Shown here piece by piece: positions 1-11,200 of a stretch of DNA of 64,000 bases (position 1 is its first letter; each line of letters begins with the position of its first letter). Origin of the DNA: Auanema rhodensis (taxonomy: Eukaryota; Animalia; Nematoda); NCBI GenBank assembly GCA_964057225.1, contig OZ059898.1:2046001-2110000 (forward strand), in the 5' to 3' direction. The notes beneath the pieces were generated by a model. It was not told where the DNA came from, did not search any database, and was given only the letters and a program-made list of their open reading frames with translations. The position numbers and the translations under genes were made by a program.

Positions 1-711
1 TCGATGCGGATTTTGAAGCTGCGTCGATCTGTGTTATCAGATTTGCGCTAGCTTAAAAATGCACCGAGATATCAACTGATATAAGTTCACACTTATATCC
101 TCGATTTTCACCCTGAAGAATTAATTTTTTCGTTGAATAACATTGTCCATCGTCTTTGACTTGAAAAAAGGAAACTAAAAACATCTACTTTTTGCCAAAT
201 TATTTTGAAATTTTTCGAAAAAATTTTTGTCAAAATGTTTTTGGAAGCAATGTTGAGTGTACATGGAAACTCAACATACACTAATGCATCATTTTTCGAA
301 CGATCATAACTAATTTTTGTATTAAGCGTTTCTCAATGTAGTATAGTGCATTCGATGCGGATTTTTAAGCTGCGTCGATCTGTGTTATCAGATTTGCGCT
401 AGCTTAAAAATGCACCGAGATATCAACTGATATAAGTTCACACTTATATCCTCGATTTTCACCCTGAAGAATTAATTTTTTCGTTGAATAACATTGTCCA
501 TCGTCTTTGCCTTGAAAAAAGGAATCTAAAAACATCTACTTTTTGCTAAATTATTTTGAAATTTTTTGAAAAAATTTTTGTCAAAATGTTTTTGGAAGCA
601 ATGTTGAGTGTACATGGAAACTCAACATACACTAATGCATCATTTTTCAAACGATCATAACTAATTTTTGTATTAAGCGTTTCTCAATGTAGCATAGTGC
701 ATTCGATGCGG

Positions 712-762
712 ATTTTTAAGCTGCGTCGATCTGTGTTATCAGATTTGCGCTAGCTTAAAAAT
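712..762. other. Inverted repeat H1 (pos 10-60; shown in M3)
   Basis: ATTTTTAAGCT / AGCTTAAAAAT are perfect 11-bp arms, followed by GCG/CGC and ATCTG/CAGAT around a 6-nt loop TGTTAT. Confidence 0.9.
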
Positions 763-779
763 GCACCGAGATATCAACT

Positions 780-801
780 GATATAAGTTCACACTTATAT
801 C
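780..801. other. Inverted repeat H2 (pos 78-99; shown in M3)
   Basis: GATATAAGT-TCAC-ACTTATATC is a perfect 9-bp stem with a 4-nt loop. Confidence 0.92.
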
Positions 802-875
802 CTCGATTTTCACCCTGAAGAATTAATTTTTTCGTTGAATAACATTGTCCATCGTCTTTGCCTTGAAAATAGGAA

Positions 876-947
876 TCTAAAAACATCTACTTTTTGCTAA
901 ATTATTTTGAAATTTTTCGAAAAAATTTTTGTCAAAATGTTTTTGGA
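876..947. other. A/T-tract dyad region H3 (pos 174-245; shown in M3)
   Basis: Central 12-bp palindrome TTTTTCGAAAAA, flanked by ATTTTGA/TCAAAAT and AAAAACAT/ATGTTTTT. Confidence 0.75.
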
Positions 948-951
948 AGCA

Positions 952-979
952 ATGTTGAGTGTACATGGAAACTCAACAT
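952..979. other. Inverted repeat H4 (pos 250-277; shown in M3)
   Basis: ATGTTGAGT-GTACATGGAA-ACTCAACAT is a perfect 9-bp stem with a 10-nt loop. Confidence 0.92.
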
Positions 980-3900
980 ACACTAATGCATCATTTTTCA
1001 AACAATCATAACTAATTTTTGTATTGAGCGTTTCTCAATGTAGTATAGTGCATTCGATGCGGATTTTGAAGCTGCGTCGATCTGTGTTATCAGATTTGCG
1101 CTAGCTTAAAAATGCACCGAGATATCAACTGATATAAGTTCACACTTATATCCTCGATTTTCACCCTGAAGAATTAATTTTTTCGTTGAATAACATTGTC
1201 CATCGTCTTTGCCTTGAAAAAAGGAATCTAAAAACATCTACTTTTTGCTAAATTATTTTGAAATTTTTTGAAAAAATTTTTGTCAAAATGTTTTTGGAAG
1301 CAATGTTGAGTGTACATGGAAACTCAACATACACTAATGCATCATTTTTCAAACGATCATAACTAATTTTTGTATTAAGCGTTTCTCAATGTAGCATAGT
1401 GCATTCGATGCGGATTTTTAAGCTGCGTCGATCTGTGTTATCAGATTTGCGCTAGCTTAAAAATGCACCGAGATATCAACTGATATAAGTTCACACTTAT
1501 ATCCTCGATTTTCACCCTGAAGAATTAATTTTTTCGTTGAATAACATTGTCCATCGTCTTTGCCTTGAAAATAGGAATCTAAAAACATCTACTTTTTGCT
1601 AAATTATTTTGAAATTTTTCGAAAAAATTTTTGTCAAAATGTTTTTGGAAGCAATGTTGAGTGTACATGGAAACTCAACATACACTAATGCATCATTTTT
1701 CAAACGATCATAACTAATTTTTGTATTAAACGTTTCTCAATGTCGTATAGTGCATTCGATGCGGATTTTTAAGCTGCGTCGATCTGTGTTATCAGATTTG
1801 CGCTAGCTTAAAAATGCACCGAGATATCAACTGATATAAGTTCACACTTATATCCTCGATTTTCACCCTGAAGAATTAATTTTTTCGTTGAATAACATTG
1901 TCCATCGTCTTTGACTTGAAAAAAGGAAACTAAAAACATCTACTTTTTGCCAAATTATTTTGAAATTTTTCGAAAAAAGTTTTGTCAAAATGTTTTTGGA
2001 AGCAATGTTGAGTGTACATGGAAACTCAACATACACTAATGCATCATTTTTCGAACGATCATAACTAATTTTTGTATTAAGCGTTTCTCAATGTAGTATA
2101 GTGCATTCGATGCGGATTTTTAAGCTGCGTCGATCTGTGTTATCAGATTTGCGCTAGCTTAAAAATGCACCGAGATATCAACTGATATAAGTTCACACTT
2201 ATATCCTCGATTTTCACCCTGAAGAATTAATTTTTTCGTTGAATAACATTGTCCATCGTCTTTGCCTTGAAAAAAGGAATCTAAAAACATCTACTTTTTG
2301 CTAAATTATTTTGAAATTTTTCGAAAAAATTTTTGTCAAAATGTTTTTGGAAGCAATGTTGAGTGTACATGGAAACTCAACATACACTAATGCATCATTT
2401 TTCAAACAATCATAACTAATTTTTGTATTGAGCGTTTCTCAATGTAGTATAGTGCATTCGATGCGGATTTTGAAGCTGCGTCGATCTGTGTTATCAGATT
2501 TGCGCTAGCTTAAAAATGCACCGAGATATCAACTGATATAAGTTCACACTTATATCCTCGATTTTCACCCTGAAGAATTAATTTTTTCGTTGAATAACAT
2601 TGTCCATCGTCTTTGACTTGAAAAAAGGAAACTAAAAACATCTACTTTTTGCCAAATTATTTTGAAATTTTTCGAAAAAATTTTTGTCAAAATGTTTTTG
2701 GAAGCAATGTTGAGTGTACATGGAAACTCAACATACACTAATGCATCATTTTTCGAACGATCATAACTAATTTTTGTATTAAGCGTTTCTCAATGTAGTA
2801 TAGTGCATTCGATGCGGATTTTTAAGCTGCGTCGATCTGTGTTATCAGATTTGCGCTAGCTTAAAAATGCACCGAGATATCAACTGATATAAGTTCACAC
2901 TTATATCCTCGATTTTCACCCTGAAGAATTAATTTTTTCGTTGAATAACATTGTCCATCGTCTTTGCCTTGAAAATAGAAATCTAAAAACATCTACTTTT
3001 TGCTAAATTATTTTGAAATTTTTCGAAAAAATTTTTGTCAAAATGTTTTTGGAAGCAATGTTGAGTGTACATGGAAACTCAACATACACTAATGCATCAT
3101 TTTTCAAACGATCATAACTAATTTTTGTATTAAACGTTTCTCAATGTCGTATAGTGCATTCGATGCGGATTTTTAAGCTGCGTCGATCTGTGTTATCAGA
3201 TTTGCGCTAGCTTAAAAATGCACCGAGATATCAACTGATATAAGTTCACACTTATATCCTCGATTTTCACCCTGAAGAATTAATTTTTTCGTTGAATAAC
3301 ATTGTCCATCGTCTTTGACTTGAAAAAAGGAAACTAAAAACATCTACTTTTTGCCAAATTATTTTGAAATTTTTCGAAAAAATTTTTGTCAAAATGTTTT
3401 TGGAAGCAATGTTGAGTGTACATGGAAACTCAACATACACTAATGCATCATTTTTCGAACGATCATAACTAATTTTTGTATTAAGCGTTTCTCAATGTAG
3501 TATAGTGCATTCGATGCGGATTTTTAAGCTGCGTCGATCTGTGTTATCAGATTTGCGCTAGCTTAAAAATGCACCGAGATATCAACTGATATAAGTTCAC
3601 ACTTATATCCTCGATTTTCACCCTGAAGAATTAATTTTTTCGTTGAATAACATTGTCCATCGTCTTTGCCTTGAAAAAAGGAATCTAAAAACATCTACTT
3701 TTTGCTAAATTATTTTGAAATTTTTCGAAAAAATTTTTGTCAAAATGTTTTTGGAAGCAATGTTGAGTGTACATGGAAACTCAACATACACTAATGCATC
3801 ATTTTTCAAACAATCATAACTAATTTTTGTATTGAGCGTTTCTCAATGTAGTATAGTGCATTCGATGCGGATTTTTAAGCTGCGTCGATCTGTGTTATCA

Positions 3901-5265
3901 GATTTGCGCTAGCTTAAAAATGCACCGAGATATCAACTGATATAAGTTCACACTTATATCCTCGATTTTCACCCTGAAGAATTAATTTTTTCGTTGAATA
4001 ACATTGTCCATCGTCTTTGACTTGAAAAAAGGAAACTAAAAACATCTACTTTTTGCCAAATTATTTTGAAATTTTTCGAAAAAATTTTTGTCAAAATGTT
4101 TTTGGAAGCAATGTTGAGTGTACATGGAAACTCAACATACACTAATGCATCATTTTTCGAACGATCATAACTAATTTTTGTATTAAGCGTTTCTCAATGT
4201 AGTATAGTGCATTCGATGCGGATTTTTAAGCTGCGTCGATCTGTGTTATCAGATTTGCGCTAGCTTAAAAATGCACCGAGATATCAACTGATATAAGTTC
4301 ACACTTATATCCTCGATTTTCACCCTGAAGAATTAATTTTTTCGTTGAATAACATTGTCCATCGTCTTTGCCTTGAAAAAAGGAATCTAAAAACATCTAC
4401 TTTTTGCTAAATTATTTTGAAATTTTTCGAAAAAATTTTTGTCAAAATGTTTTTGGAAGCAATGTTGAGTATACATGGAAACTCAACATACACTAATGCA
4501 TCATTTTTCAAACAATCATAACTAATTTTTGTATTGAGCGTTTCTCAATGTAGTATAGTGCATTCGATGCGGATTTTTAAGCTGCGTCGATCTGTGTTAT
4601 TAGATTTGCGCTAGCTTAAAAATGCACCGAGATATCAACTGATATAAGTTCACACTTATATCCTCGATTTTCACCCTGAAGAATTAATTTTTTCGTTGAA
4701 TAACATTGTCCATCGTCTTTGCCTTGAAAAAAGGAATCTAAAAACATCTACTTTTTGCTAAATTATTTTGAAATTTTTTGAAAAAATTTTTGTCAAAATG
4801 TTTTTGGAAGCAATGTTGAGTGTACATGGAAACTCAACATACACTAATGCATCATTTTTCAAACGATCATAACTAATTTTTGTATTAAGCGTTTCTCAAT
4901 GTAGCATAGTGCATTCGATGCGGATTTTTAAGCTGCGTCGATCTGTGTTATCAGATTTGCGCTAGCTTAAAAATGCACCGAGATATCAACTGATATAAGT
5001 TCACACATATATCCTCGATTTTCACCCTGAAGAATTAATTTTTTCGTTGAATAACATTGTCTATCGTCTTTGCCTTGAAAATAGGAATCTAAAAACATCT
5101 ACTTTTTGCTAAATTATTTTGAAATTTTTCGAAAAAATTTTTGTCAAAATGTTTTTGGAAGCAATGTTGAGTGTACATGGAAACTCAACATACACTAATG
5201 CATCATTTTTCAAACGATCATAACTAATTTTTGTATTAAACGTTTCTCAATGTCGTATAGTGCAT

Positions 5266-8200
5266 TCGATGCGGATTTTTAAGCTGCGTCGATCTGTGTT
5301 ATCAGATTTGCGCTAGCTTAAAAATGCACCGAGATATCAACTGATATAAGTTCACACTTATATCCTCGATTTTCACCCTGAAGAATTAATTTTTTCGTTG
5401 AATAACATTGTCCATCGTCTTTGACTTGAAAAAATGGAAACTAAAAACATCTACTTTTTGCCAAATTATTTTGAAATTTTTCGAAAAAATTTTTGTCAAA
5501 ATGTTTTTGGAAGCAATGTTGAGTGTACATGGAAACTCAACATACACTAATGCATCATTTTTCGAACGATCATAACTAATTTTTGTATTAAGCGTTTCTC
5601 AATGTAGTATAGTGCATTCGATGCGGATTTTTAAGCTGCGTCGATCTGTGTTATCAGATTTGCGCTAGCTTAAAAATGCACCGAGATATCAACTGATATA
5701 AGTTCACACTTATATCCTCGATTTTCACCCTGAAGAATTAATTTTTTCGTTGAATAACATTGTCCATCGTCTTTGCCTTGAAAAAAGGAAACTAAAAACA
5801 TCTACTTTTTGCCAAATTATTTTGAAATTTTTCGAAAAAATTTTTGTCAAAATGTTTTTGGAAGCAATGTTGAGTGTACATGGAAACTCAACATACACTA
5901 ATGCATCATTTTTCGAACGATCATAACTAATTTTTGTATTAAGCGTTTCTCAATGTAGTATAGTGCATTCGATGCGGATTTTTAAGCTGCGTCGATCTGT
6001 GTTATCAGATTTGCGCTAGCTTGAAAATGCACCGAGATATCAACTGATATAAGTTCACACTTATATCCTCGATTTTCACCCTGAAGAATTAATTTTTTCG
6101 TTGAATAACATTGTCCATCGTCTTTGCCTTGAAAAAAGGAATCTAAAAACATCTACTTTTTGCTAAATTATTTTGAAATTTTTCGAAAAAATTTTTGTCA
6201 AAATGTTTTTGGAAGCAATGTTGAGTGTACATGGAAACTCAACATACACTAATGCATCATTTTTCAAACGATCATAACTAATTTTTGTATTAAGCGTTTC
6301 TCAATGTAGTAGAGTGCATTCGATGCGGATTTTTAAGCTGCGTCGATCTGTGTTATCAGATTTGCGCTAGCTTAAAAATGCACCGAGATATCAACTGATA
6401 TAAGTTCACACTTATATCCTCGATTTTCACCCTGAAGAATTAATTTTTTCGTTGAATAACATTGTCCATCGTCTTTGCCTTGAAAAAAGGAATCTAAAAA
6501 CATCTACTTTTTGCTAAATTATTTTGAAATTTTTTGAAAAAATTTTTGTCAAAATGTTTTTGGAAGCAATGTTGAGTGTACATGGAAACTCAACATACAC
6601 TAATGCATCATTTTTCAAACGATCATAACTAATTTTTGTATTAAGCGTTTCTCAATGTAGCATAGTGCATTCGATGCGGATTTTTAAGCTGCGTCGATCT
6701 GTGTTATCAGATTTGCGCTAGCTTAAAAATGCACCGAGATATCAACTGATATAAGTTCACACTTATATCCTCGATTTTCACCCTGAAGAATTAATTTTTT
6801 CGTTGAATAACATTGTCCATCGTCTTTGCCTTGAAAATAGGAATCTAAAAACATCTACTTTTTGCTAAATTATTTTGAAATTTTTCGAAAAAATTTTTGT
6901 CAAAATGTTTTTGGAAGCAATGTTGAGTGTACATGGAAACTCAACATACACTAATGCATCATTTTTCAAACGATCATAACTAATTTTTGTATTAAACGTT
7001 TCTCAATGTAGTAGAGTGCATTCGATGCGGATTTTTAAGCTGCGTCGATCTGTGTTATCAGATTTGCGCTAGCTTAAAAATGCACCGAGATATCAACTGA
7101 TATAAGTTCACACTTATATCCTCGATTTTCACCCTGAAGAATTAATTTTTTCGTTGAATAACATTGTCCATCGTCTTTGCCTTGAAAAAAGGAATCTAAA
7201 AACATCTACTTTTTGCTAAATTATTTTGAAATTTTTTGAAAAAATTTTTGTCAAAATGTTTTTGGAAGCAATGTTGAGTGTACATGGAAACTCAACATAC
7301 ACTAATGCATCATTTTTCAAACGATCATAACTAATTTTTGTATTAAGCGTTTCTCAATGTAGCATAGTGCATTCGATGCGGATTTTTAAGCTGCGTCGAT
7401 CTGTGTTATCAGATTTGCGCTAGCTTAAAAATGCACCGAGATATCAACTGATATAAGTTCACACTTATATCCTCGATTTTCACCCTGAAGAATTAATTTT
7501 TTCGTTGAATAACATTGTCCATCGTCTTTGCCTTGAAAATAGGAATCTAAAAACATCTACTTTTTGCTAAATTATTTTGAAATTTTTCGAAAAAATTTTT
7601 GTCAAAATGTTTTTGGAAGCAATGTTGAGTGTACATGGAAACTCAACATACACTAATGCATCATTTTTCAAACGATCATAACTACTTTTTGTATTAAACG
7701 TTTCTCAATGTCGTATAGTGCATTCGATGCGGATTTTTAAGCTGCGTCGATCTGTGTTATCAGATTTGCGCTAGCTTAAAAATGCACCGAGATATCAACT
7801 GATATAAGTTCACACTTATATCCTCGATTTTCACCCTGAAGAATTAATTTTTTCGTTGAATAACATTGTCCATCGTCTTTGACTTGAAAAAAGGAAACTA
7901 AAAACATCTACTTTTTGCCAAATTATTTTGAAATTTTTCGAAAAAATTTTTGTCAAAATGTTTTTGGAAGCAATGTTGAGTGTACATGGAAACTCAACAT
8001 ACACTAATGCATCATTTTTCGAACGATCATAACTAATTTTTGTATTAAGCGTTTCTCAATGTAGTATAGTGCATTCGATGCGGATTTTTAAGCTGCGTCG
8101 ATCTGTGTTATCAGATTTGCGCTAGCTTAAAAATGCACCGAGATATCAACTGATATAAGTTCACACTTATATCCTCGATTTTCACCCTGAAGAATTAATT

Positions 8201-11200
8201 TTTTCGTTGAATAACATTGTCCATCGTCTTTGCCTTGAAAATAGGAATCTAAAAACATCTACTTTTTGCTAAATTATTTTGAAATTTTTCGAAAAAATTT
8301 TTGTCAAAATGTTTTTGGAAGCAATGTTGAGTGTACATGGAAACTCAACATACACTAATGCATCATTTTTCAAACAATCATAACTAATTTTTGTATTGAG
8401 CGTTTCTCAATGTAGTATAGTGCATTCGATGCGGATTTTTAAGCTGCGTCGATCTGTGTTATTAGATTTGCGCTAGCTTAAAAATGCACCGAGATATCAA
8501 CTGATATAAGTTCACACTTATATCCTCGATTTTCACCCTGAAGAATTAATTTTTTCGTTGAATAACATTGTCCATCGTCTTTGCCTTGAAAAAAGGAATC
8601 TAAAAACATCTACTTTTTGCTAAATTATTTTGAAATTTTTTGAAAAAATTTTTGTCAAAATGTTTTTGGAAGCAATGTTGAGTGTACATGGAAACTCAAC
8701 ATACACTAATGCATCATTTTTCAAACGATCATAACTAATTTTTGTATTAAGCGTTTCTCAATGTAGCATAGTGCATTCGATGCGGATTTTTAAGCTGCGT
8801 CGATCTGTGTTATCAGATTTGCGCTAGCTTAAAAATGCACCGAGATATCAACTGATATAAGTTCACACATATATCCTCGATTTTCACCCTGAAGAATTAA
8901 TTTTTTCGTTGAATAACATTGTCCATCGTCTTTGCCTTGAAAATAGGAATCTAAAAACATCTACTTTTTGCTAAATTATTTTGAAATTTTTCGAAAAAAT
9001 TTTTGTCAAAATGTTTTTGGAAGCAATGTTGAGTGTACATGGAAACTCAACATACACTAATGCATCATTTTTCAAACGATCATAACTAATTTTTGTATTA
9101 AACGTTTCTCAATGTCGTATAGTGCATTCGATGCGGATTTTTAAGCTGCGTCGATCTGTGTTATCAGATTTGCGCTAGCTTAAAAATGCACCGAGATATC
9201 AACTGATATAAGTTCACACTTATATCCTCGATTTTCACCCTGAAGAATTAATTTTTTCGTTGAATAACATTGTCCATCGTTTTTGACTTGAAAAAAGGAA
9301 ACTAAAAACATCTACTTTTTGCCAAATTATTTTGAAATTTTTCGAAAAAATTTTTGTCAAAATGTTTTTGGAAGCAATGTTGAGTGTACATGGAAACTCA
9401 ACATACACTAATGCATCATTTTTCGAACGATCATAACTAATTTTTGTATTAAGCGTTTCTCAATGTAGTTTAGTGCATTCGATGCGGATTTTTAAGCTGC
9501 GTCGATCTGTGTTATCAGATTTGCGCTAGCTTAAAAATGCACCGAGATATCAACTGATATAAGTTCACACTTATATCCTCGATTTTCACCCTGAAGAATT
9601 AATTTTTTCGTTGAATAACATTGTCCATCGTCTTTGCCTTGAAAAAAGGAAACTAAAAACATCTACTTTTTGCCAAATTATTTTGAAATTTTTCGAAAAA
9701 ATTTTTGTCAAAATGTTTTTGGAAGCAATGTTGAGTGTACATGGAAACTCAACATACACTAATGCATCATTTTTCGAACGATCATAACTAATTTTTGTAT
9801 TAAGCGTTTCTCAATGTAGTATAGTGCATTCGATGCGGATTTTTAAGCTGCGTCGATCTGTGTTATCAGATTTGCGCTAGCTTGAAAATGCACCGAGATA
9901 TCAACTGATATAAGTTCACACTTATATCCTCGATTTTCACCCTGAAGAATTAATTTTTTCGTTGAATAACATTGTCCATCGTCTTTGACTTGAAAAAAGG
10001 AAACTAAAAACATCTACTTTTTGCCAAATTATTTTGAAATTTTTCGAAAAAATTTTTGTCAAAATGTTTTTGGAAGCAATGTTGAGTGTACATGGAAACT
10101 CAACATACACTAATGCATCATTTTTCGAACGATCATAACTAATTTTTGTATTAAGCGTTTCTCAATGTAGTATAGTGCATTCGATGCGGATTTTTAAGCT
10201 GCGTCGATCTGTGTTATCAGATTTGCGCTAGCTTAAAAATGCACCGAGATATCAACTGATATAAGTTCACACTTATATCCTCGATTTTCACCCTGAAGAA
10301 TTAATTTTTTCGTTGAATAACATTGTCCATCGTCTTTGCCTTGAAAAAAGGAATCTAAAAACATCTACTTTTTGCTAAATTATTTTGAAATTTTTCGAAA
10401 AAATTTTTGTCAAAATGTTTTTGGAAGCAATGTTGAGTGTACATGGAAACTCAACATACACTAATGCATCATTTTTCAAACGATCATAACTAATTTTTGT
10501 ATTAAGCGTTTCTCAGTGTAGTAGAGCGCATTCGATGCGGATTTTTAAGCTGCGTCGATCTGTGTTATCAGATTTGCGCTAGCTTAAAAATGCACCGAGA
10601 TATCAACTGATATAAGTTCACACTTATATCCTCGATTTTCACCCTGAAGAATTAATTTTTTCGTTGAATAACATTGTCCATCGTCTTTGCCTTGAAAAAA
10701 GGAATCTAAAAACATCTACTTTTTGCTAAATTATTTTGAAATTTTTCGAAAAAATTTTTGTCAAAATGTTTTTGGAAGCAATGTTGAGTGTACATGGAAA
10801 CTCAACATACACTAATGCATCATTTTTCAAACGATCATAACTAATTTTTGTATTAAACGTTTCTCAATGTCGTATAGTGCATTCGATGCGGATTTTTAAG
10901 CTGCGTCGATCTGTGTTATCAGATTTGCGCTAGCTTAAAAATGCACCGAGATATCAACTGATATAAGTTCACACTTATATCCTCGATTTTCACCCTGAAG
11001 AATTAATTTTTTCGTTGAATAACATTGTCCATCGTCTTTGACTTGAAAAAATGGAAACTAAAAACATCTACTTTTTGCCAAATTATTTTGAAATTTTTCG
11101 AAAAAATTTTTGTCAAAATGTTTTTGGAAGCAATGTTGAGTGTACATGGAAACTCAACATACACTAATGCATCATTTTTCGAACGATCATAACTAATTTT

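Noticed and set aside
128-144. CENP-B-box-like TTTCGTTGAATAACATT
   Set aside because: It matches the TTCG...A half only and lacks the essential CGGG.
1-351. Tandem 5S rRNA, tRNA, snRNA or spliced-leader gene unit
   Set aside because: I see no recognisable conserved sequence, cloverleaf or Pol III boxes. An Rfam/Infernal search would be the formal test.
1-351. Monomer as an ancient dimer of about 175 bp
   Set aside because: No convincing similarity between the halves beyond A/T runs.
712-979. Intrinsic terminators or transposon terminal inverted repeats
   Set aside because: The stems are AT-rich with no upstream genes, and there are no element ends, target-site duplications or transposase.
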